Assembly (NCBI GenBank): GCA_026418535.1
Contig: JAOABC010000005.1
Location: forward strand, 74,620 to 138,619
DNA: 64,000 nt
Reading direction: 5' to 3'
Origin: Hydrogenothermaceae bacterium
GTDB lineage: Bacteria > Aquificota > Aquificia > Aquificales > Hydrogenothermaceae
Under the pieces are notes generated by a model. That model was not told where the DNA came from. It saw nothing but the letters and a program-made list of their open reading frames with translations, and did no database searches. Positions 52,155 to 60,787 of the stretch are shown in pieces. The stretch's first letter is position 1. Each line of letters starts with the position of its first letter. The translations under genes and the position numbers were made by a program.

Positions 52155-53396
52155 TTGGACCTTTTAAAGTATTACACACCAGAGAAGATGAATATAATCT
52201 TTACAAGACTTTCGACCTTCATAGAGAAAAACTTCAAATCTTTCATATGTAAAGACAGTATTCTGACTATAAAGCTTTCTCTACAAGAGGTGTTTATAGA
52301 TAAGGGTAAGATAGAGTTGTTTTACAGAGAGGGTATTGATTTCTACCACAGACGTGTTTTGTTCGTTGAATCTGTATCTTTTTTTGATTTTCTCCGGAAG
52401 AACTTCATATCCCATCTGCCAAATAACATAGACTTAAGAGAAGCAAAGAGGGTTGAAAGGCTGTTTGATGACATAATAGAGGAATTCTCAAGGGGTTATC
52501 TTGAATCTTATATCCGTGAAGTTATATCTAGGGTAGATTTTTTCTTACAACATATTAAGATAAAAGATTATAATGAGATTCTATCAAGGGGTTTGAACAA
52601 TCATTTCGAATTTTTTAGAAAATTCTTAAAGAATTTATTAGGAGAGTCAGAGTTTCAAAATATTAAACATACAGAGTGTGATTTTGGAAAGTGGCTCCAT
52701 AACAATGGAAAATTAGTTATAGACGATGATTCTATGTACCAGCAGATTAAACAGTTCCATAAAAACTTTCACGATTTGATCGACATATGTTTTGACTATA
52801 AGCAGCACAATCTTTACAAAGAGATATTCTTCATATTAAAAGATATGGAGTCCACATCTCTGTGGTTAGCTAACAAAGTAGTATACGTAAATGCTAAGAT
52901 TATATCTATGGAGTTTTCTAAAGATTTCCTAACGGGACTTCTGAACAGAAGAGCCCTTAACCAGATATTGAATAAACATTTAGAGATATCTGAGTTTACA
53001 GGTCAGCCTGTGAGCCTTATTATAACAGATATAGATTTTTTCAAGAAGATCAATGACACGTATGGTCACCTTGCAGGTGACGCTGCTCTGAAACACTTTG
53101 CAAGTATCCTGAAAGAGAATTTAAGAAAGTCAGACTATATATTCCGGATAGGTGGAGAGGAGTTCTTAATACTTTTACCGAATACATCTTTAGAAGAAGC
53201 AAGAAAGGTATCAGAAAACCTTCGGCAGAAGGTGGAAAGCTCTCCCTTACATTATGAGAACAAGACAATAAGAATTACAGCAAGTTTTGGTGTATCAGAA
53301 CTTCGTAACCAAAAACACATAGATGAAATTATGAAGGATGCTGACGAGAAGCTATACAAAGCTAAAAGAGATGGAAGAAACAGAGTAGTAGTATAG
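52155..53396 (+). CDS. Diguanylate cyclase with CZB (chemoreceptor zinc-binding) sensor, DgcZ-like
   Basis: CZB ligand pattern H...HTECDFGKWL...QFHKNFH, with Cys-to-His spacings of 27 and 31 residues. GGDEF domain with I-site RKSD and active site GGEEF. TTG start 6 nt after AGGAGG. Confidence 0.85.
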   Translation: MDLLKYYTPEKMNIIFTRLSTFIEKNFKSFICKDSILTIKLSLQEVFIDKGKIELFYREGIDFYHRRVLFVESVSFFDFLRKNFISHLPNNIDLREAKRVERLFDDIIEEFSRGYLESYIREVISRVDFFLQHIKIKDYNEILSRGLNNHFEFFRKFLKNLLGESEFQNIKHTECDFGKWLHNNGKLVIDDDSMYQQIKQFHKNFHDLIDICFDYKQHNLYKEIFFILKDMESTSLWLANKVVYVNAKIISMEFSKDFLTGLLNRRALNQILNKHLEISEFTGQPVSLIITDIDFFKKINDTYGHLAGDAALKHFASILKENLRKSDYIFRIGGEEFLILLPNTSLEEARKVSENLRQKVESSPLHYENKTIRITASFGVSELRNQKHIDEIMKDADEKLYKAKRDGRNRVVV

Positions 53397-53397
53397 T

Positions 53398-54678
53398 CTA
53401 TCTGGAGAGGATATTTAATCTCTCTTTTGCTTCTGATTCCCATCCTCTATTACCATCTGTGATAGATAAAGCAAACTTAAAATTTTCTATGGCTTTCTGT
53501 CTGTTTCCGGTGTTTTGGTAAGCTACACCTAGAAAGTAGTATAAGTCCGGATTTGAGTTTATCAATGTTGCTGCATCTTCCAGTTGTTTAATAGCCTCAA
53601 AGCTCCTGTTCAGTTTAACTAAAGATGCTCCGGTTAAAAGTTTTGCTAGGAAGTAGGACTCATCTATCTTGCTGGCGTTTAAGGCATGTCTGTATGAACA
53701 ATCATACTCTTTTAACTGGTAGCATACGAAAGATTTGTAAGTGTGAGCTGATATGTTCTCTTCATAAAGAGATATTGCAGTATCTAGGTTTTTCTGAGCT
53801 GATCTAAAATCTCTGTTTTTGATATTTTCTTTTGCCTTCTCTAAGTAGTCGTAAGAAAGAGCTGTATTTGCTATTTTTTGCTTTATGTAAACAAACTCCG
53901 GAGAATCTCTCTTTAAAAGTAGTTTATTCGGAAACTTTGTGCTTATCAGTTCAGAGACATTCTTTATCCTTGTATCTGGAAGTGGGTGGGTAAGTAGCCA
54001 TTCTGGAGGTCTCTGTTTAGCTTCCATACTCCTAAACTTGTTAAACACAGATATTATACCCCTTGGGTCATAACCACTCTCGTAAGTGAACCTAACTCCA
54101 AGAGAGTCTGCTTCATTTTCCTGATCTCTGCTGAACTTAAGCTGTAGCAGACCAGCTCCCACCTGTGCAACTTGTAGAACTACATTTCTATAAGAAGATT
54201 CGGCCGTTGCTACTGCAAGAACGTTTAGAAGCAGGTTTAATCCGTAGGTTTTCTCTAAGAACCTTGCGTGGTGTCTGGCGTTTATATGTCCAAGTTCATG
54301 GGATAAAACCCCAACAAGCTCAGATTCGTTATCTAAGGTTAGCATCAGTCCTCTGTTTATGAATACTGGTCCTCCTGGAAGTGCAAAAGCGTTTACATCC
54401 TTGGAGTTTACTATAAAGAACTGGTATTCCACTTTCCGCGGAGCTACTCTTGCTATGTTATGCCCTAATCTACGTATGTACTCCTGAACTTCTTTATCCG
54501 GATAAAGACCTTCGTTCTCGTTTATAGCATAAGGGATATATTTTTTACCAATCTCTATCTCTTTCTCTGTAGGTAGTAATGTTAGAGTTTTCTGTCCCGT
54601 TAGTGGGTCTTCAACCTGAGTGCAGGACACCAAAATCAACACAAAAAAGACCAGTAGAAGTTTAAAGACCCTTCCCAT
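53398..54678 (-). CDS. M48-family zinc metallopeptidase with C-terminal TPR domain (BepA/YfgC-like lipoprotein)
   Basis: Lipobox LVSC. HELGHINARH (HExxH). TPR repeats at the C-terminus. Confidence 0.88.
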   Translation of the reverse strand: MGRVFKLLLVFFVLILVSCTQVEDPLTGQKTLTLLPTEKEIEIGKKYIPYAINENEGLYPDKEVQEYIRRLGHNIARVAPRKVEYQFFIVNSKDVNAFALPGGPVFINRGLMLTLDNESELVGVLSHELGHINARHHARFLEKTYGLNLLLNVLAVATAESSYRNVVLQVAQVGAGLLQLKFSRDQENEADSLGVRFTYESGYDPRGIISVFNKFRSMEAKQRPPEWLLTHPLPDTRIKNVSELISTKFPNKLLLKRDSPEFVYIKQKIANTALSYDYLEKAKENIKNRDFRSAQKNLDTAISLYEENISAHTYKSFVCYQLKEYDCSYRHALNASKIDESYFLAKLLTGASLVKLNRSFEAIKQLEDAATLINSNPDLYYFLGVAYQNTGNRQKAIENFKFALSITDGNRGWESEAKERLNILSR

Positions 54679-55909
54679 CCAAAAACTCCCTGTCGAATAT
54701 TATAACTTTAACTTTCTCACCCTCTTGAATAGATTTTATTCCTTCCTCTACTATCATCAAGCCGTTTGCGTTTACCATACTTGTTAAGATGTTAGAACCT
54801 TGCTTCTCTAAAGGCTCTGATAAGAACTCTCCAGATGAATAACTTACCTTCACCCTCACAAACTCTAACCTATCTCCAGACTTCCTACTGTATTCTTTGG
54901 TGATTGTTGTATATATCACAGGATTATATAGATCTCTATAGCCCATCATCTTCTTTATGGCAGGTTTAACAAGAGTCTCGAAGATTACTATACAGGCTAC
55001 TGGATTCCCAGGTATTCCAAAGAAAACTTTCTCTCTCTCTCTTCCCCATACACCAAAAGCTACAGGTTTTCCAGGCTTTTGGGACACCTTCCAAAAGACT
55101 ATCTCTACTCCTAACTCTTCTACGACAAAGTCCTTAACTAGATCATACTCTCCTACTGACATTCCACCACTGGTGAGAAGTAAATCGCAGTCCTTAGCCC
55201 ATCTTAGTTTCTCTCTTATATCTTCTGGACTGTCTTTAGCAAAACCGAGGATTACTGGCTCTCCTCCTGCCTGTATTACCTGTCCGTAGAGTGTATATGT
55301 GTTTGATGTTCTTATCTGAGATCTTTTTTTTCTCTCTTCCCCAACATCTAAAATCTCATCTCCGGTTGTCAGAATACCAACCCGTGGTCTCCTCTTCACG
55401 TATACCAACGCTTTGTTTACTGAAGATAGTATCCCAAGTTCTGGAGGTCTGATCAATGTTCCACTTTGGAGTAATAGGTCTCCCTTCCTATAATCATCTC
55501 CCTTCTTACGTACGTTTGCTCCTTTCTTTAGGGAGGAGAAGATATAGACTTTACTGCCTTCTACTTTTGTAAGTTCTTTTTGGATCACTGTATCTGCTTC
55601 AGAAGGTATCAGCCCTCCTGTGTAGACCGCAATAGCAGTTTTTGGGAACAAACTAAACTGCTCTCCCCCTGCTTTTGATTCTCCGATTAACTCTAAAATA
55701 GCAGGGTTGTCTTCAGATGCACCTTCTATATCCTCAAATCTTACAGCAAAACCATCCATTCCACTGTTGTCTTCTGGTGGACTATCCTCATCAGCATAGA
55801 TATCTTCTGCCAAAACCCTTCCTAAAGCCTGTGTAAAGAAAACTTTTTCGTTGGATATCTCTTTTGTGTTGTTTATAACTGTTTCTAAAGCTTGGTAGTA
55901 ACTTATCAT
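54662..55909 (-). CDS. moeA: Molybdopterin molybdenumtransferase
   Basis: 415 aa. MDGFAV, TSGGMSVGEYD, PGNPVA. Confidence 0.9.
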   Translation of the reverse strand: MISYYQALETVINNTKEISNEKVFFTQALGRVLAEDIYADEDSPPEDNSGMDGFAVRFEDIEGASEDNPAILELIGESKAGGEQFSLFPKTAIAVYTGGLIPSEADTVIQKELTKVEGSKVYIFSSLKKGANVRKKGDDYRKGDLLLQSGTLIRPPELGILSSVNKALVYVKRRPRVGILTTGDEILDVGEERKKRSQIRTSNTYTLYGQVIQAGGEPVILGFAKDSPEDIREKLRWAKDCDLLLTSGGMSVGEYDLVKDFVVEELGVEIVFWKVSQKPGKPVAFGVWGREREKVFFGIPGNPVACIVIFETLVKPAIKKMMGYRDLYNPVIYTTITKEYSRKSGDRLEFVRVKVSYSSGEFLSEPLEKQGSNILTSMVNANGLMIVEEGIKSIQEGEKVKVIIFDREFLDGKGL

Positions 55910-57498
55910 TTTCTGCTCCTCAAGTCTTGTAGTGAGTAAACCTCTAAACCTTTACGTTTAAAAGATTTTATAGCTTCAACAGCTGCAGCCGCACCTCTTA
56001 TGGTTGTGTAGTATGGGACCTTGTTTGCTACTGCAGCCCTCCTGATATAGTAAGCATCTGACCTCTCTCTCTTTCCAGAGGGGGTGTTTATTATCATAGA
56101 TATCTCTCCGTTCCTAATTCTGTCCACAATGTTTGGTCTTTCCTCAGACAGTTTGTTAACGAGGATTGCTCTTATACCGTTATCTTTTAGGAAATTAAAT
56201 GTTCCGGATGTTGAAAAGATCTTAAAACCAAGTTCCTCTAAACTTCTAGCTATCTCTACTATTTGAGGTTTATCTTTGTCTGCTACGGAGATGAATATGT
56301 TACCCTCCAATGGTAAACTGGATCCTGCTGCAGCTTGGGCTTTATAGAAAGCAAGTCCAAAGTCTCTGTCTATACCCATAACCTCTCCTGTGCTCTTCAT
56401 CTCCGGACCCAAAAGAGGGTCTACTTCTGGAAACCTGTTCCAGGGGAACACAACCTCCTTTATGGCGTACAGGTTAAAGTCTCTACTTAGGAAGTCTGAA
56501 GCTGGATGTGGACTGTGTATGTTAAACACCTCCGGGAGGAGCTTCCGTAGTTTCTTTCCTAACATAACTTTTGATGCTATCTTAGCAAGGGGATAGCCTA
56601 TAGCTTTACTTACAAAGGGTACTGTCCTTGAGGCCCTTGGATTTGCTTCTATTATGTATATCTCTCCATCTTTTACGGCATACTGGACATTCATCAAACC
56701 AACAGTACCAAGAGCATTAGCCAGTCTCTTTGTCTGGTTCTTCACCTCTATGACTATGTCATCATGTAGACTGTAATGGGGAATACAAGTTGCACTATCT
56801 CCGGAGTGTATGCCTGCTTCCTCAATATGCTCCATCACAGCTCCAACCAAGACATCCTCTCCATCAGAGACACAGTCCACATCGAGCTCTACACTACCGT
56901 CTAAGAACCTATCTATCAGGAGAGGTTTATCCTCAGAGACGTTAACAGCTTCCTGTATGTAAGCCATGAGCTCAATCTCATCGTACACTAACCTCATAGC
57001 TCTTCCCCCCAAGACGTAAGAGGGTCTCACCAGAACAGGATAGCCTATTCCTTCAGCAACTTTAAGGGCCTCTTCCTTAGATTTTGCTATTCCGCTCTCT
57101 GGCTGTTTTAATCCAAGTTTTATTATTAGCTCTCTGAACCTTTCCCTGTCTTCGGCTATATCTATACTCTCTGGCTGAGTTCCAAGTATAGGTATGTTCA
57201 ACTTCTCAAGGGGCTTTGCAAGTTTGAGGGGTGTCTGTCCACCAAACTGGACTACAACTCCAAAAGGCTTCTCCTTATCTATTATATTTAGCACATCCTC
57301 CAGAATTATAGGCTCAAAGTACAGTCTATCTGACGTATCGTAGTCTGTAGAAACTGTCTCTGGATTACAGTTTACCATTATTGCCTCATAACCTTCTTCT
57401 CTTACTGCCCATACACAGTGGACACAAGCATAGTCAAACTCAACTCCCTGTCCTATTCTATTTGGTCCACTTCCCAAAATTATCACCTTTTTCTTCAT
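55906..57498 (-). CDS. carB: Carbamoyl-phosphate synthase large subunit, C-terminal half (stand-alone)
   Basis: 530 aa. ILGSGPNRIGQGVEFDYACVH. Second ATP-grasp plus MGS-like allosteric domain. Begins where the gene at 20196-21875 ends in a full-length CarB. Confidence 0.92.
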   Translation of the reverse strand: MKKKVIILGSGPNRIGQGVEFDYACVHCVWAVREEGYEAIMVNCNPETVSTDYDTSDRLYFEPIILEDVLNIIDKEKPFGVVVQFGGQTPLKLAKPLEKLNIPILGTQPESIDIAEDRERFRELIIKLGLKQPESGIAKSKEEALKVAEGIGYPVLVRPSYVLGGRAMRLVYDEIELMAYIQEAVNVSEDKPLLIDRFLDGSVELDVDCVSDGEDVLVGAVMEHIEEAGIHSGDSATCIPHYSLHDDIVIEVKNQTKRLANALGTVGLMNVQYAVKDGEIYIIEANPRASRTVPFVSKAIGYPLAKIASKVMLGKKLRKLLPEVFNIHSPHPASDFLSRDFNLYAIKEVVFPWNRFPEVDPLLGPEMKSTGEVMGIDRDFGLAFYKAQAAAGSSLPLEGNIFISVADKDKPQIVEIARSLEELGFKIFSTSGTFNFLKDNGIRAILVNKLSEERPNIVDRIRNGEISMIINTPSGKRERSDAYYIRRAAVANKVPYYTTIRGAAAAVEAIKSFKRKGLEVYSLQDLRSRK

Positions 57499-58064
57499 AT
57501 ATCCTCCTGTAAAATCCTTTTAAAATCCTCTATAAGTTCCTGCATATGGATAAATCTATGATTACCACCTGGATATACAACCACATAGAAACCATTAAAG
57601 TACTCTGCAGTCTTCCGGCTATCCAGTAACTCATCATCCTCATCCAAGTATACATAAACTAAATCTTTCAATGGTTCTAAGTTGTCCACATAGAAACTCC
57701 TTAAACTTTCAAGATGTTCTTGGGTAAAAGTGTAGCTCTCTTGAGTTTTAAAGTTCGTTTGGGGTCCAACCTGGTTTTTAAGAGAGTTGCAAGGGTCTAT
57801 GGATGGGTTTATCAATATAGAGGGCACTCTATACTTTGAGCTTAAGAATAGAGCATAAAAACCACCAAGAGATGTTCCTACTATATACAGTCTGTCTTTT
57901 TCCTTTATTGCCTGAGTAAGAAACTCAAGCTGGTATACCGATTCTTTTGGGTCGTAATCTAAGGTTGGAGATATGATGTTCCTCGCACCAAAGGCTCTCT
58001 TTAGGTAGTTTATCTTATCTCCGTATCCTGCTGAGTTAAAACCGTGGATGTATAGTACTTTCAT
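57495..58064 (-). CDS. yqiA: YqiA-like alpha/beta-hydrolase esterase (UPF0227)
   Basis: MKVLYIHGFNS N-terminus. Nucleophile elbow GTSLGG. 189 aa. Confidence 0.75.
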   Translation of the reverse strand: MKVLYIHGFNSAGYGDKINYLKRAFGARNIISPTLDYDPKESVYQLEFLTQAIKEKDRLYIVGTSLGGFYALFLSSKYRVPSILINPSIDPCNSLKNQVGPQTNFKTQESYTFTQEHLESLRSFYVDNLEPLKDLVYVYLDEDDELLDSRKTAEYFNGFYVVVYPGGNHRFIHMQELIEDFKRILQEDI

Positions 58065-58309
58065 CCCTTTCTCCTATAAGATAGACTTTTTTCTCTTGAA
58101 ATCACTAGAACATCTACAAAAACCCATACTCCTTCTGTTCTTCTATTTTACCCTTCTCTAATCCCCCTTGTAAACCTTTAAGCTTTATTTCTGTCATACT
58201 GTATGCCATGTTAGTACAGTTCCAGCTTTGAAAATCCATAGATAACATCTGGACAAATTTTTTTGGGGATCAGCATCTCTCAGTAAGATGTTCCTCTCTC
58301 TTCTCACCG

Positions 58310-58861
58310 TTAATCCTCTAAGAACATCCTAATGCCAGCTACTCCATACACACCAGTATCTAAAACCTTCTTTATGTTATCTTTAGTTATACCACCTAAG
58401 GCATAAGTTGGAACCTTTATAGAGTTAAGGACTTCTAGTAATCCATCTATACCTATAGGTTTTCCTTTACCTTCAACATGGAATATGGGAGAATAGAAGA
58501 TGTAGTCTGCCCCCTCTTCTTGGGCCTTTATCGCTTCAGACAGACTATGACAGGACTTGCCTACCTTCAGATGAGGGAATTTGTGTTTTATCTGTTGGAT
58601 TGGAATGCTCTTTGACGGAAGATGGACTCCTTCAAGGTTGAATAAAACTGCCATATCTACCCTTGAGTTTACAAATATCTTAGTATTGTACCCTTGGGAT
58701 ACCTTAACAGTATCTTCTAGCAGAAAGAAGAGCTCATCATCAGGTAAGTCTTTTTCCCGGATTTGAATAACTCTTATACCTTTATCCAAGATGGTTTTTA
58801 TCTGTTCCAGAAAAGGTTTTTTGAACTTTTTCCTATCGGTTATGAAGTAGAACCTATCCAC
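58310..58861 (-). CDS. thiE: Thiamine-phosphate synthase family protein (ThiE/TenI)
   Basis: FYFITDRK, IQIREKDL, GADYIFYSPIF, ALGGI. GTG start. Confidence 0.8.
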   Translation of the reverse strand: MDRFYFITDRKKFKKPFLEQIKTILDKGIRVIQIREKDLPDDELFFLLEDTVKVSQGYNTKIFVNSRVDMAVLFNLEGVHLPSKSIPIQQIKHKFPHLKVGKSCHSLSEAIKAQEEGADYIFYSPIFHVEGKGKPIGIDGLLEVLNSIKVPTYALGGITKDNIKKVLDTGVYGVAGIRMFLED

Positions 58862-58862
58862 C

Positions 58863-58958
58863 TTATCCTCTGTCTAAGTATACGAATATACCAAAGATGA
58901 TAAAAGTGAGTATCACCATCCCTAGTATTATGATAGGAAACCATGTACCAACGTCCAT
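58863..58958 (-). CDS. 31-aa hydrophobic micro-protein, translationally coupled to thiE (below the ORF-track cutoff)
   Basis: My translation is MDVGTWFPIIILGMVILTFIIFGIFVYLDRG. GGAGG lies 8 nt upstream of the ATG. The TAA stop is 1 nt before the thiE GTG. One predicted TM helix. Confidence 0.55.
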   Translation of the reverse strand: MDVGTWFPIIILGMVILTFIIFGIFVYLDRG

Positions 58959-58981
58959 AAACAGAACCTCCTGAATGGGTA

Positions 58982-58995
58982 TGATATAATTATAT
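58982..58995. promoter_or_regulatory. Back-to-back -10 boxes in the palindrome ATATAATTATAT (pgpA on plus; micro-ORF/thiE on minus)
   Basis: Plus strand: TGATATAAT (58982-58990), 33 nt before the pgpA ATG. Minus strand: TATAAT (58994-58989), about 30 nt before the micro-ORF ATG. Confidence 0.45.
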
Positions 58996-59023
58996 TCTAA
59001 ATCTGTAAGGAAGTGGAGTTTTT

Positions 59024-59506
59024 ATGAATTTTGGAGAAAGGATAGCCTTCTTTTTAGCGTCTTCCTTTTACCTTGGAAGGTTTCCCATAGTCCCAGGAAC
59101 AGTAGGAACCTTAGGAGCTCTCCCGTTCTTTTACTTGTACTGGGATAAAGGTCTCTTAGCTCAGTTCTCTATTACTATTTCTGTTATTCTTATAGGAATA
59201 TGGGCATCCCATACTGTAAGTCAGAAAGTTTCAGATAAGGACCCTTCTTTTGTAACTGTAGATGAAGTTGCCGGATACATGATAACGATGTTTGGTATAG
59301 ATCCTCAAAATTATCAATTAAACCAACTCCTCACTTACTTTATTCTTGGTTTTGTAATATTCCGGATAGTTGATATAATCAAACCTCCACCCATAAAACT
59401 TCTTGAAAAGTATCCGATGGGTATCGGTATAATGCTTGATGATGTTTTGGCAGGATTGTATAGCTGGATACTACTCCATCTGCTGATATACATTTTTAAA
59501 TTCTAA
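59024..59506 (+). CDS. pgpA: Phosphatidylglycerophosphatase A
   Basis: GRFPIVPGTVGTLGALP, VDEVAG, IKPPP. Confidence 0.9.
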   Translation: MNFGERIAFFLASSFYLGRFPIVPGTVGTLGALPFFYLYWDKGLLAQFSITISVILIGIWASHTVSQKVSDKDPSFVTVDEVAGYMITMFGIDPQNYQLNQLLTYFILGFVIFRIVDIIKPPPIKLLEKYPMGIGIMLDDVLAGLYSWILLHLLIYIFKF

Positions 59507-59520
59507 ATTAGAGGGTAAAG

Positions 59521-60543
59521 ATGATAACTTACAAAGACGCAGGAGTTGATGTAGAGAAAGCTGATAAGTTCGTAGAGGAGATAAAAACGTTAGTAAAAGG
59601 GACATTCAACAAAAATGTTATAACTCCTATAGGAGGGTTTGCTTCTGCTTTCTTGCTTGAGTTAGTAAACTACCGGGAGCCTGTTATAACATCCTCAACA
59701 GATGGTGTTGGAACCAAGTTAAAGATAGCTCAGGCACTAAACAGACACGACTCCATAGGTATTGACCTAGTGGCTATGTGTGTAAATGACCTTATCACCA
59801 CAACATCTAAGCCACTGTTCTTTTTAGATTACTTTGCAACCGGAAGGTTAGAACCTTCCGTAGCAGTGGACGTTATAAAGGGAATAGTCAAAGGATGTGA
59901 GTTATCTGGATGTGCTTTGGTTGGTGGTGAGACAGCAGAGATGCCGGGTATGTACCAGGGAGGTGAATACGACCTTGCAGGTTTTGCTGTTGGTATTGTG
60001 GAAAGAGAGAGGATGTTAGACGGTAGTAAGACAGAGGCTGGAAACGTCCTGATTGGACTTGCATCCTCCGGAATCCACAGCAACGGATATTCTCTCGTAA
60101 GGAAGCTGATAGAACTGAAAGGATACAGATACTCAGATTACTTCCATGAATTTGGGAAAACCTTAGGAGAAGAGCTTTTAACACCTACGAAGATTTACGT
60201 AAAATCTATCCTTGAACTATCAAAGAGAGTAGATATAAAATCCATAGCCCATATAACCGGTGGTGGTGTACCAGGGAACCTCATAAGGGTTATAAACAAC
60301 AACCTAAGAGCTGTTATAGAAGAGGGGTCATGGGAGATATTACCTGTGTTCAAATGGATACAGAGAGAGGGTCAAATAGAGAAAAAAGAGATGTACAAGA
60401 TCTTCAACATGGGTATAGGTCTCATTATATCAGTAGACAGGAGAGACGAGAAAGAGGCTATAAACATCTTAGAAGATCTGGGAGAGAAGCCCTACATAGT
60501 AGGTTATTTGGAAGAGGGTGAAAGGTCTGTAAGTATAGTCTGA
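59521..60543 (+). CDS. purM: Phosphoribosylformylglycinamidine cyclo-ligase (AIR synthetase)
   Basis: ITYKDAGVDVEKAD, STDGVGTK, DLVAMCVNDL, GGETAEMPG, HITGGG. Confidence 0.95.
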   Translation: MITYKDAGVDVEKADKFVEEIKTLVKGTFNKNVITPIGGFASAFLLELVNYREPVITSSTDGVGTKLKIAQALNRHDSIGIDLVAMCVNDLITTTSKPLFFLDYFATGRLEPSVAVDVIKGIVKGCELSGCALVGGETAEMPGMYQGGEYDLAGFAVGIVERERMLDGSKTEAGNVLIGLASSGIHSNGYSLVRKLIELKGYRYSDYFHEFGKTLGEELLTPTKIYVKSILELSKRVDIKSIAHITGGGVPGNLIRVINNNLRAVIEEGSWEILPVFKWIQREGQIEKKEMYKIFNMGIGLIISVDRRDEKEAINILEDLGEKPYIVGYLEEGERSVSIV

Positions 60544-60642
60544 TGAAAGATGTATGCCCAAACAGAGCATCTCGAAAAAAGTTAGAAGTGACACTAAATG
60601 AGCTTTTCTCTGTCTATAAAAAGCAGTTCTTTACACATTAAG

Positions 60643-60716
60643 GGAGGATGACGGGACTTGAACCCGCGACCCCAAGGGCCACAACCTTGTGCTCTGCCTG
60701 CTGAGCTACATCCTCC
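60643..60716 (-). tRNA. tRNA-His (anticodon GTG) with genome-encoded G-1
   Basis: Hand-folded. G-1 plus acceptor GAGGATG/CATCCTC and discriminator C73. D arm GCTC...GAGC. Anticodon arm CAAGG-TTGTGGC-CCTTG. T arm GCGGG-TTCAAGT-CCCGT. Confidence 0.92.
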
Positions 60717-60787
60717 ATGTTTGAGAGAAATATTATATAACAGTTTATCCAAAAATCAAATATAATATTTGGATTAACTCTCTCTGA

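Noticed and set aside
58114-58209. 31-aa minus-strand ORF MAYSMTEIKLKGLQGGLEKGKIEEQKEYGFL in the thiE-yqiA spacer.
   Set aside because: It has no Shine-Dalgarno sequence and no recognisable family, and hydrophilic low-complexity ORFs of this length arise by chance.
58065-59023. Possible TPP riboswitch around thiE. A CTGAGA-containing stretch lies on the minus strand near 58270-58290, and I also examined the thiE upstream spacer.
   Set aside because: The CTGAGA element lies downstream of thiE and lacks the ACCTGATCTGGATAATGCCAGCG-type partner and the GGGG stem. The upstream spacer is occupied by the micro-ORF and promoter palindrome.
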